From: Acidimicrobiia bacterium
Lineage (GTDB): Bacteria; Actinomycetota; Acidimicrobiia; Spongiisociales; ZC4RG35
DNA length: 64,000 bases
NCBI GenBank assembly: GCA_965215185.1
Contig: OZ244034.1
Span: forward strand, 384,001 to 448,000
Direction: 5' to 3'
Shown here one piece after another: positions 29,128 through 37,210 of this stretch. The notes beneath the pieces are model-generated. The model did no database searches, had not been told where the DNA came from, and saw only the letters and a program-made list of their open reading frames with translations. Made by a program: the position numbers and the translations under genes. Position 1 is the stretch's first letter; each line of letters starts with the position of its first letter.

Positions 29128-30402
29128 ATGATGAGTCTTTACGAGCCGACATACATGGAGGGCACCTTGGGGACCATGGCCGTGGACTGGGAGGAGCGTA
29201 TCAATATGGCCCGCATGCGCGACGAGCGAAAAGCGCGGGCTCAGCATCACATTGCCGAAGCCGGTCTGGGTTCTGTACTCCTGTTGGATGATCCCAATAT
29301 CCGTTATGTGACAGGTCTGGCGATGCTAGGCGGCTCCGGGGCGGACCACTACAGCTTCCTCACCGCCGGAGGGGACACCGTGCATTGGGATACCGCCGAC
29401 CACGCCAGCAACGAACGGGCCAACTGCCCTTGGTTGCCCGACATCCGTTACGCGGCGCCGGGTCTGGGCAATGTCCCCCGGGCCAGCGGATCGCCCTCGG
29501 CTCGGGAGTTCCTGCTCAACACCATGGCAGACCTGATTGTGGAGGCAGCGCATGACTACGACGTTCACCGGGATCCGGTGGGCATCGACTCCACCCAGCC
29601 GGCTCTGGCCGCCAAACTCCGGGAACGGGGACTGGAGGTTAGGGAAGGCGCGGCCGATGCTCTCCACACCGCCCGCCAGACCAAGACCAAGGACGAGATC
29701 GAGTGTTTCCGGGTGCTCTCGGCGATCTGCGAGGCCGGGTTCATGGCGATCAAGAAGACCGCCGAGCCGGGAGTTACCGAACAGGAAGTCTGGGGAGCGG
29801 CGTCGGAAGCAGTCCTGCGCAGGGGAGGGACGGTGGAAGGAGGGTATGTCACCAGCGGCCCGAATACCTGGCCCAAGCACCAGGCCAACACCACCGACCG
29901 GATGCTGCGCCCCGGCGACATCATGTACGCCGACTTCTACAGCGCCACTTTCCAGGGCTACCGGTCGTGTGTCTACCGGACTTTCTCCATCGGCAAGCCG
30001 AAGCAGCGTTCCGTTGACGCCTATAAGCGCGCCCGTGACTGGATGTACAACGTGATCGAGGCGATCCGTCCCGGCGTGACCACCGGCGAGGTGGCGATGC
30101 ACTTTCCCGACCGGGAAGGCGAGCATATGGATTGGTACGGCGCACAGCACTACTGGCAGATGACCACCAACCAGTGGGCGCACGGTCTGGGACTTCAGCT
30201 TTACGAACGCCCTTTGATCTGGCGGGGAATCTCGGTGGACCATCCGATCGAGATACAGGAAGGCATGACCATGGCGGTGGAAACCCAGGAACCCGACGGG
30301 CGCTCCGGCATGCGGGTGGAAGAAATGATCGTGGTCCGCGAAAACGGTGCCGAAGTCCTAACCCGCTGGCCGGTCGACGAGATTACGGTGATCGACTTCT
30401 AA
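29128..30402 (+). CDS. M24 (pita-bread fold) family enzyme, Xaa-Pro peptidase/creatinase-like
   Basis: NIRYVTG, KTKDEIEC, HGLGL, AVET, RVEEM; second metal Asp replaced by Cys (GYRSCVYRT). Confidence 0.88.
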   Translation: MMSLYEPTYMEGTLGTMAVDWEERINMARMRDERKARAQHHIAEAGLGSVLLLDDPNIRYVTGLAMLGGSGADHYSFLTAGGDTVHWDTADHASNERANCPWLPDIRYAAPGLGNVPRASGSPSAREFLLNTMADLIVEAAHDYDVHRDPVGIDSTQPALAAKLRERGLEVREGAADALHTARQTKTKDEIECFRVLSAICEAGFMAIKKTAEPGVTEQEVWGAASEAVLRRGGTVEGGYVTSGPNTWPKHQANTTDRMLRPGDIMYADFYSATFQGYRSCVYRTFSIGKPKQRSVDAYKRARDWMYNVIEAIRPGVTTGEVAMHFPDREGEHMDWYGAQHYWQMTTNQWAHGLGLQLYERPLIWRGISVDHPIEIQEGMTMAVETQEPDGRSGMRVEEMIVVRENGAEVLTRWPVDEITVIDF

Positions 30403-30432
30403 GTCCTGTTACAAGGAACCCATGGAATAGGG

Positions 30433-30651
30433 TTACTCAATTGGCTTGACCGCGTCCCCGGGCCGCAAATCCTCTATTTCCCAGGGACCAGCCACTGTCA
30501 GTATCTCGGGATCTCCAGTAAGCAGCACGGCTTGGTGAGCCTGGGCAGCGGAGATGGCCATGGCGGTGGCGAAGACCGTTTGATGCCTGGCCATGATTCG
30601 AGCGGCTGTCATCACTCGATGTTCAGATGCCTCGTCTGCTATCGGGTGGGA
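30433..30651 (-). pseudogene. C-terminal remnant of a PIN-domain (VapC-like) toxin
   Basis: AARIMARH...AISAAQAHQAVLLTGDPEIL resembles PIN C-termini; the N-terminal half is missing. Confidence 0.55.
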
Positions 30652-31530
30652 CTATTTCTCGGCGCGTTGTGCAGCTTGGGCGCGGGCCAGCACGGATCTT
30701 GCAGTTCGGGCTACCGCGTAATCGATCATCTTGCCGGCGGCGCCCACGGAAGCCGTTCCATCCGCCAGGGCCCTTTCGAACACCTCAAGGATTGAGCGGT
30801 GATGCGCTACTTCCTCGGCGGTAGGGGTGAAGACCTCGTTGATAATGCCCACCTGCGCGGGATGGATGGCAAGTTTGGCCACATACCCCAGACGGCGGGC
30901 AAGCTGGCTCTCGACTCGTAACGCGTCTTGATCCCGGAAGTTCATGAATACCCCGTCAATGGGATGAGGGAGGCCTGCCGCGCGAGCGGCCAGAAGTACC
31001 CGGGATCGGGAATAGTGGAGACCTGTTCCAACGGGTTCCCACTCTACGCCGAGGTCAGCCACCAGGTCTCCCTGTTCTCCGCTTCCGAACATGACTGCCT
31101 CCACCCTCGGGCATCCATCGAGGATCTCAAAGGCGTTCTGGACTCCCACCGCAGTCTCGATCATGGGGATGAGAGCGATCGAACCCTCCGATCGGCCCCC
31201 TGCCGTCTCGAGTGCGCTCAGGGCGCCGCACACTTTCAGCATGACCTGTCTGCTTTCGGCCTTGGGAAGGATCACGCCGTCCACGCTGGCATGGGCGGAC
31301 GCAACCAGGTCTTCCCACAGGAGACCGGTATCGAAGCCATTGAGACGCACGAAAAAGGGGATGGAACTATCAGGCAGGGAGGCGAGATTGGCGCGCGCGT
31401 CTTTCTTGACGTTGGTCGCCACGGCATCTTCCAGATCCACGATCACAGCATCTGCAGATGATCGGGCCGCTTTGGCGATCAGGTCGGGCCGATGCCCGGG
31501 AGTGAAGAGCATCGAACGGACTGCGTCCAT
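30652..31530 (-). CDS. CoA-ester lyase, HpcH/HpaI aldolase-citrate lyase beta (CitE-like) family
   Basis: RSMLFTPG, DLEDAV, VRLNG, PKAES, IETA, AIHPAQ, GKMID. Confidence 0.92.
   Translation of the reverse strand: MDAVRSMLFTPGHRPDLIAKAARSSADAVIVDLEDAVATNVKKDARANLASLPDSSIPFFVRLNGFDTGLLWEDLVASAHASVDGVILPKAESRQVMLKVCGALSALETAGGRSEGSIALIPMIETAVGVQNAFEILDGCPRVEAVMFGSGEQGDLVADLGVEWEPVGTGLHYSRSRVLLAARAAGLPHPIDGVFMNFRDQDALRVESQLARRLGYVAKLAIHPAQVGIINEVFTPTAEEVAHHRSILEVFERALADGTASVGAAGKMIDYAVARTARSVLARAQAAQRAEK
31375..31530. repeat. Copy 1 of a 156-bp diverged direct repeat (citE 5' end)
   Basis: Ungapped alignment to 44305-44460; 21 mismatches counted by hand (about 87% identity). Confidence 0.9.
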
Positions 31531-31734
31531 GACAGGTTTCCTTGTCTCTTGTTTGATTGGTGACGGGCTCGCCCGGGGCCAAAGGCTGATTTGAGACTCC
31601 AGCCTAATGTGTCCTATTCCAGCATGCGGCGACTCTTTCTGTACAAGATGACCGCACGTCTACCGGTGTGCTGCCACACCGTACCCCTATCCCGGTAGGG
31701 GTCCTAAATGTCACCGATCTTTGCGCCACACCGC

Positions 31735-31763
31735 TTGACATCAGCTCTTCTACGGACTATGGT
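31735..31763 (+). promoter_or_regulatory. Sigma70-type promoter for the island operon
   Basis: TTGACA (31735-31740), 17-bp spacer, TATGGT (31758-31763); AAAGGAG RBS before ATG 31832. Confidence 0.7.
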
Positions 31764-31801
31764 CTGTGATCTGTGATCACTGATCACAGACCACAGATCA
31801 C
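31760..31801. promoter_or_regulatory. Nested inverted-repeat operator, probably bound by the GntR regulator
   Basis: TGGTCTGTGATC/GATCACAGACCA (31760-31771/31782-31793) and GTGATCTGTG/CACAGATCAC (31766-31775/31792-31801), overlapping the -10 and +1 region. Confidence 0.65.
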
Positions 31802-31831
31802 TCGGTCTGAGACTAGACAAAGGAGTAAGGT

Positions 31832-33451
31832 ATGAGGACGGATTTCAAACCTGGAAGCCGCAGGGCCCCACGTAAGAGGGGGCTAGGTCTGCAGGTAATG
31901 ATTGCTGCCAGCCTGGTCGTGGCTCTGCTGGCGGCGGCGTGCGGAACAGACGCTGAGCCCGCGGCCACCACCGCTGCGCCGGCCACCACAGCCGCGGCAG
32001 CCCCCAGTGACCCCGATGCAGAAAAGAGAGGCGGAATATTACAACTTGGGACGCCTCAGCCGATACAGACACTTGACCCCCATCAGTTCGGTATCTACAA
32101 CAACCGCAACGCTTGGCCAGGTCTCTATAGCGGCCTGACACGTTATACGGAGGAACTCGAACCAGTTCCAGATTTGGCTGTGTCCTGGGAGTTTGATGAG
32201 TCAGGAACAGCTTGGACGTTCCACCTGCGAGAGGGTGTGCAGTTCCACAATGGTCAACCATTTACGGCTGCCGATGTGAAGTATTCACTTGACAGATTGC
32301 TCCACCCCGATACAAACGCAGGCGTTTACGCCGAAGCGGTATCTACGATCGAAGCAGTCGAAGTGATTGACGATCAGACCGTCATCTTGCACCTGTCAGC
32401 ACCTTCAGCGATCCTGTTGGCGGGTCTGGCGAGAGCCATGATCATTCCTGAGGGGTCAGGCGACACCATTGCCCTAGAAGGCATCGGAACAGGTCCCTTC
32501 GTAATGGTCGACTATGTTGCCGACGAGCGCCTGATCATGACTCGAAACGATAACTACTGGGAAGAAGGCTTGCCTTACCTCGATGGAGTCGAAGTAACTG
32601 TGCAACCCGATACCACTAGCTTGTTCACGGCTTTGAGCGCTGGCGACGTTGACATCTATTGGCAGCTCGAGCCGCGTTTCGTCCAGCAGATCGCCGCCGA
32701 GGGTGAACTGCGTACGCTATTTGCCCCCAGTTCCTCTGTTGTTACGTATATGAGCATCTACAATGGCGCTCCGCCGTTTGATGATGTGCGTGCACGCCAA
32801 GCGTTGCTTCACGTCCTTGATCTGGATACCATCAACACTCTTGCGTTCTTCAACACGGGAATACCGGTGGCTACCAACAACCTGCTTCCTCCGGGGCACT
32901 GGGCTGAGGCCCCCGGTCTAACCGAGTATCCGTATGACCTTGACCGCGCCAAGGCCTTATTTGAAGAGGTAGGCGTCACGGAACTGACATATGTCGGACT
33001 CAATATCGTGCCGTGGACTCGGATCATCGGCGAGGTGATGGAGCAGTCCTTTGCAAAGATCGGGATCAAGTTGAACGTTTCGGTGCCGGAACTCGGTGGG
33101 TGGCGCGAAGCCTTTACCCCTCACCCGGCGCCCGGCGTCATCGTGGCCAATGCCGCGCTGCCTGACTACGATCCGGCCTTCCTATGGAATCTCGCCCACC
33201 CCGATGTCAACCCGTGGGGATTTGGTGACGAGACGTTCACACAACTCCTTGCGGATGCTTCGGCCGAGCTGGATCTGGACAAGCGCATAGCAGCTTACGG
33301 TCGTGTGCAGGAAGTGTGGAACGCGGAAGTTCCGACTCCGATTCTGTACTTTGACCGGTGGTTCCATGGTGTGCGAGACCGTGTTCAGGACCTCAAGCAC
33401 CTCAATAGTGGCGACCTTGACTACAGGGAGACATGGCTCACCGATAAGTAA
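31832..33451 (+). CDS. ABC transporter substrate-binding lipoprotein, family 5 (DppA/OppA-like)
   Basis: Lipobox LAAAC, PDLAVSW, FHLREGVQFHNG, GTGPF, PPFDDVRARQA. Confidence 0.92.
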   Translation: MRTDFKPGSRRAPRKRGLGLQVMIAASLVVALLAAACGTDAEPAATTAAPATTAAAAPSDPDAEKRGGILQLGTPQPIQTLDPHQFGIYNNRNAWPGLYSGLTRYTEELEPVPDLAVSWEFDESGTAWTFHLREGVQFHNGQPFTAADVKYSLDRLLHPDTNAGVYAEAVSTIEAVEVIDDQTVILHLSAPSAILLAGLARAMIIPEGSGDTIALEGIGTGPFVMVDYVADERLIMTRNDNYWEEGLPYLDGVEVTVQPDTTSLFTALSAGDVDIYWQLEPRFVQQIAAEGELRTLFAPSSSVVTYMSIYNGAPPFDDVRARQALLHVLDLDTINTLAFFNTGIPVATNNLLPPGHWAEAPGLTEYPYDLDRAKALFEEVGVTELTYVGLNIVPWTRIIGEVMEQSFAKIGIKLNVSVPELGGWREAFTPHPAPGVIVANAALPDYDPAFLWNLAHPDVNPWGFGDETFTQLLADASAELDLDKRIAAYGRVQEVWNAEVPTPILYFDRWFHGVRDRVQDLKHLNSGDLDYRETWLTDK

Positions 33452-33495
33452 CGGGTAGCCTGTCAAAACCGATAAGTAACGGGTAGCCTGTCAAA
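33440..33495. repeat. Perfect 28-bp tandem duplication spanning the SBP stop codon
   Basis: ACCGATAAGTAACGGGTAGCCTGTCAAA x2 (33440-33467, 33468-33495). Confidence 0.95.
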
Positions 33496-33498
33496 CTC

Positions 33499-35202
33499 GT
33501 GGAATCGTTCACGAGCCCGCTTCCGATGGAGGACGGTACTCGGTTAGCAACCGATATCTTCCTTCCATCAGGAAGCGGCGGTCCCTACCCCGCGCTGCTC
33601 ATGAGAACGCCCTACGACAAGGCTCGGGTGGAAGATGGACGGATGATCTATACAGGGATCATTGCCGAGGCAGTCAAGGCCGGCTATGCGGTGGCCATTC
33701 AGGATCTTCGTGGGCGCTTTCAGTCCGAGGGCGACTTTGTGCCATTTCACGAGAACCCCGACAGTGATGCACGGGACGGTGCATCGACCGTTTCCTGGAT
33801 CAGAACTCAACAATGGTGCGACGGTTCTGTGGCGATGTGGGGTGATTCCTACGGGGCTTGGACACAGTGGAAAGTGGCTGTTGACGGGGAGGACAAACCG
33901 GACGCCATCTTTCCGTCCGGCCTTCCGATGAGCGCGCTCGATTCGCCGGTCTTGAGGCCAGCCCGACGAATCCTTTGGTATGTCGGTCGCATGGGGCCCG
34001 ATTCCCGCAGGCGCGCAGACCGCCGCGGCCGCTCTCTCGACGAGCAGGCTGCCTACCGGTACTGGCGAACGGTGGAAAGAAGCCGTTGGTTGTGGTTCCT
34101 CCCATGGAACGAATTGCCGGATTACCTGCTTGGTGGACTGTCACCGCATTACCAGAGCCTGCTGAGAAGCAGGCCAAGCGACTATCTATCATGGCTGAGG
34201 CGTTGTGATCAGTTTGAAGGGCCTGTGTTGCTCCTCACCGGTTGGTTCGACATAGATGTGGGTAGTGTGATCGAACTTTATGAGAAGTTGAGGAGTCGGC
34301 CGGACAGGTCCTGCCCTACTTATCTGATCATTGGGCCCTGGAAGCACATGGACCCCAAATACGATTTGAGCCGATGCCGAGGACCGATCGACTTCGGCGA
34401 GGCTGCTCAATGGTCTTATCCGGACGTTCTGGTCCAATGGTCCGACTTTGTTCTGAAAGGCAAGCGCGGACCTCTGTTCCCTGGGCCACCGATCCGGTAC
34501 TTCGCAATGGGGGACGGATCCAACCAGTGGAAAGAGGCGAATCGCTGGTCTGAGGTCGTGGCATCTTCGCAACGCCTTTTTCTTACATCCACCACCGCAT
34601 CCGAAGAAACTGGTGGGGGCCTCTCGGATTCTCCGTCTAAGGAAACCGAAGTCTGGCGTTACGTATACGACCCCAGGGACCCGGTTCCCTCGGCCGTGGA
34701 CGAGGATGCATATTACGGCCCCTTCGATATCGGCTACATGGATATGCGACCGGATGTGCTGTCTTTTGCGACTGCACCCATTGACCAACCGGTCGAACTG
34801 CGAGGATCGGTAAAAGTAGAACTCGTGGTGACGAGCAGCGCGGTTGACACCGACTTCTGTGCTTGGATTGCCGAAGAACGCCCAGACGGGGCATCAATTC
34901 TCCTTGCGAGCGGTTTTCTCCGCGCCAGGTACCGTAATGGGATCGATCAGGAACAGTTCCTGGAACCAGGAAAGCCCGAGACAATCCGGATTCAGTGTCG
35001 CCCGACCGTCTATCGCTTAGCAGCAGGATCTCGCCTGGTGGTGAAGGTCTCCAGTAGTGACTTCCCGGACTATGACCGGAATCACAATCTTGGAACCGAT
35101 CCCTATTCGGATGCTCGACTCGTATTGGCTACCCAGTCACTGATAAGTGGACCAGAAAATCCATGCAGCGTCTACCTGCCAGTATCAAGGCCGCTCCGAT
35201 GA
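33499..35202 (+). CDS. CocE/NonD family serine hydrolase
   Basis: DGTRLATD, RTPY, QDLRGRFQSEG, GDSYGA nucleophile, GWFD, GPWKH. Confidence 0.92.
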   Translation: MESFTSPLPMEDGTRLATDIFLPSGSGGPYPALLMRTPYDKARVEDGRMIYTGIIAEAVKAGYAVAIQDLRGRFQSEGDFVPFHENPDSDARDGASTVSWIRTQQWCDGSVAMWGDSYGAWTQWKVAVDGEDKPDAIFPSGLPMSALDSPVLRPARRILWYVGRMGPDSRRRADRRGRSLDEQAAYRYWRTVERSRWLWFLPWNELPDYLLGGLSPHYQSLLRSRPSDYLSWLRRCDQFEGPVLLLTGWFDIDVGSVIELYEKLRSRPDRSCPTYLIIGPWKHMDPKYDLSRCRGPIDFGEAAQWSYPDVLVQWSDFVLKGKRGPLFPGPPIRYFAMGDGSNQWKEANRWSEVVASSQRLFLTSTTASEETGGGLSDSPSKETEVWRYVYDPRDPVPSAVDEDAYYGPFDIGYMDMRPDVLSFATAPIDQPVELRGSVKVELVVTSSAVDTDFCAWIAEERPDGASILLASGFLRARYRNGIDQEQFLEPGKPETIRIQCRPTVYRLAAGSRLVVKVSSSDFPDYDRNHNLGTDPYSDARLVLATQSLISGPENPCSVYLPVSRPLR

Positions 35203-36272
35203 CGCCTCCTGGGGAGTCGAAGGGACTATCCAACGGGTTCATTGACTTGCGTAGCGACACATACAACCTACCTACGCAAACGATGTTGGCTCGTTTGAGA
35301 TCTGCGGTCGAATCTCCACGAGATGGTGGTGCAGAAGAGTACACACGAGACCTGGAGCGGGCAGTGTCCGAACTGACTGCCAAAGAGGCGGCTGTTTTCC
35401 TCCCTACCTGCAGTGCGGCGAATCTCCTGGCGCTGATGGCGCTCGCCAAGCCAGCTGAGAACGTTGTTGTTGATGGCGACTCACATATACGGTGGTTGGA
35501 GGCAAACAGCGCCGCGGTTACAGGTGGTGTCCAGTTGGTTCCCGTGCGAAGATCCGGCAGCATCGTTGACCTTGCCGCCGTTGTCGAATTTGCTGAGCGA
35601 TCGTCTATGTTCGGACTTCCGCCCTTGGGCTTGATCTGCGTTGAGAACTCTCACAACAACGCGGGGGGAACGGTGGCGAGCCTGTCAGACATGAAAAGAG
35701 TCTCGAGTATGGCGCTCGAGTATGGCGCCCGTGTTCATGTCGATGGGGCCCGAATCTTCAATGCTGCAGCTCAACTCAATGTTGAGATCAGCGAACTGTG
35801 CGCTTCAGCAACCACGATGTCGTTGAGTCTTAACAAGAGTTTGGGAGCACCGTACGGCGCCATGCTGACGGGTCCCGAAGATGTCATCATGCGAGTGAGA
35901 GGCCTGCGCGGTCAACTCGGGATCGCGTCTATACACCAGGAAGGCCTGTTCGCAGCGATGGCGTTAGAGGCTCTCGAGAACAACATGGAACATCCACACC
36001 TCGACAACTGCGCAGCGAGCGAACTGGCGCGGTCACTCACTCAACACTTCGAATCCGAGCTGGAAGTTGAGGCCCCCCAGACGAACATCATTCTCTTTGA
36101 CGTTCTTGTGGACCTGACCGCTGCCGAGTTCTGTAGACAACTTTCAACCAAAGGAGTGCTGGCAAAACCGCGCTCGGTGACCCGGTCAGTTCGTCTCGTT
36201 GTCAATAGTGGGTCAAGAGAGCACGGACTCGGGCGAGTGATAGAAGCGTTTGCCAGTGTGCTAGGCCGTTAG
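35199..36272 (+). CDS. Low-specificity threonine aldolase family (beta-eliminating lyase)
   Basis: IDLRSDT, ENSHNNAGG, HVDGARIFNA, SLNKSLGAP (PLP Lys), QTNI. Confidence 0.88.
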   Translation: MTPPGESKGLSNGFIDLRSDTYNLPTQTMLARLRSAVESPRDGGAEEYTRDLERAVSELTAKEAAVFLPTCSAANLLALMALAKPAENVVVDGDSHIRWLEANSAAVTGGVQLVPVRRSGSIVDLAAVVEFAERSSMFGLPPLGLICVENSHNNAGGTVASLSDMKRVSSMALEYGARVHVDGARIFNAAAQLNVEISELCASATTMSLSLNKSLGAPYGAMLTGPEDVIMRVRGLRGQLGIASIHQEGLFAAMALEALENNMEHPHLDNCAASELARSLTQHFESELEVEAPQTNIILFDVLVDLTAAEFCRQLSTKGVLAKPRSVTRSVRLVVNSGSREHGLGRVIEAFASVLGR

Positions 36273-36283
36273 AAGGAGGGCTC

Positions 36284-37198
36284 ATGGGTTCCATCGCAAC
36301 TGTGACAGGTGAGGTCCCGAGCGCCGACATCGGCGCAGTCCTGATGCATGAGCACATTATGTGTGACCTCTACCGGATGTCCGGTGATTCTAATCATCTG
36401 CTCGACGACGTTGATCTTGCCATCAGTGAGCTTCGCCATTTGGCCCCCACTCCGGTGCGAACAGTAGTTGATGTGACTAGCGTTGGATTGGGCAGAGATC
36501 TTGAGACTTTGCGAGAGATCGCTTTGAACACCGGAATTAACATAGTGGCCGGCTGTGGATGGTACCGTGACCCTTACTTCCCACAAGAAGTCTTTGAGAC
36601 GACTTCTGATGGTCTGGCAGAGATACTGATCTCCGAGATGACTAAAGGGTCGGTCGACGGTGGAATACGACCGGGGATAATTGGAGAAATCGGGGCACAT
36701 AGGAGTCCGATGACTCCTGCGGAGGAGCGAGTGTTACGTGCCGGTGGGTTTGCGCAACTGGAAACAGGCGCCTCGATATATACGCATGCTGCTAGGAGCA
36801 CAGTCGGGATTGAGCAAGCAAAAATACTGCTCAGAATTGGCGTACCGCCTGACCGTATAGTCATTGGCCATTCTGATACGGTGCCCCGTAAGGAGTACTG
36901 GGCAGAGTTGCTCGATATGGGTGTCACTCTCGGCTTTGACACTGTAAGACCTCACTTTCCATATGATGTTGAAGTTCGCATTGCTGGTTTGCTATGGTTG
37001 GCTGAGCGAGGCTCTATAGATCGCGTTGTGGTCTCTAATGATGTGTGCTTCCGATCACATCTGCGTGCATTTGACGGAGGTGGGTACCCATACTGTGCCA
37101 CGGAGTTCTTCGATGCTCTGCGAAGCGTCGGCTTCGGCGACCAGGAGTTTCGTACGATCTTCCATGAGACTCCCGTTCGGCTTCTCGATCTACCGTAG
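36284..37198 (+). CDS. Phosphotriesterase-related (PHP/lactonase-like) amidohydrolase
   Basis: MHEH, GIIGEIG, YTHA, IGHSD, SND metal ligands. Confidence 0.92.
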   Translation: MGSIATVTGEVPSADIGAVLMHEHIMCDLYRMSGDSNHLLDDVDLAISELRHLAPTPVRTVVDVTSVGLGRDLETLREIALNTGINIVAGCGWYRDPYFPQEVFETTSDGLAEILISEMTKGSVDGGIRPGIIGEIGAHRSPMTPAEERVLRAGGFAQLETGASIYTHAARSTVGIEQAKILLRIGVPPDRIVIGHSDTVPRKEYWAELLDMGVTLGFDTVRPHFPYDVEVRIAGLLWLAERGSIDRVVVSNDVCFRSHLRAFDGGGYPYCATEFFDALRSVGFGDQEFRTIFHETPVRLLDLP

Positions 37199-37210
37199 AT
37201 CACTGATGTT

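Noticed and set aside
31556-31610. Possible riboswitch-like structure (GGTGACGGGCTCGCC..., AGGCTG/CAGCCT hairpin)
   Set aside because: Only a vague resemblance to the fluoride riboswitch, with no fitting downstream gene; an Rfam/Infernal search would be needed.
33440-33495. 28-bp repeat as a possible CRISPR array
   Set aside because: Only two adjacent copies, no spacer and no cas genes.
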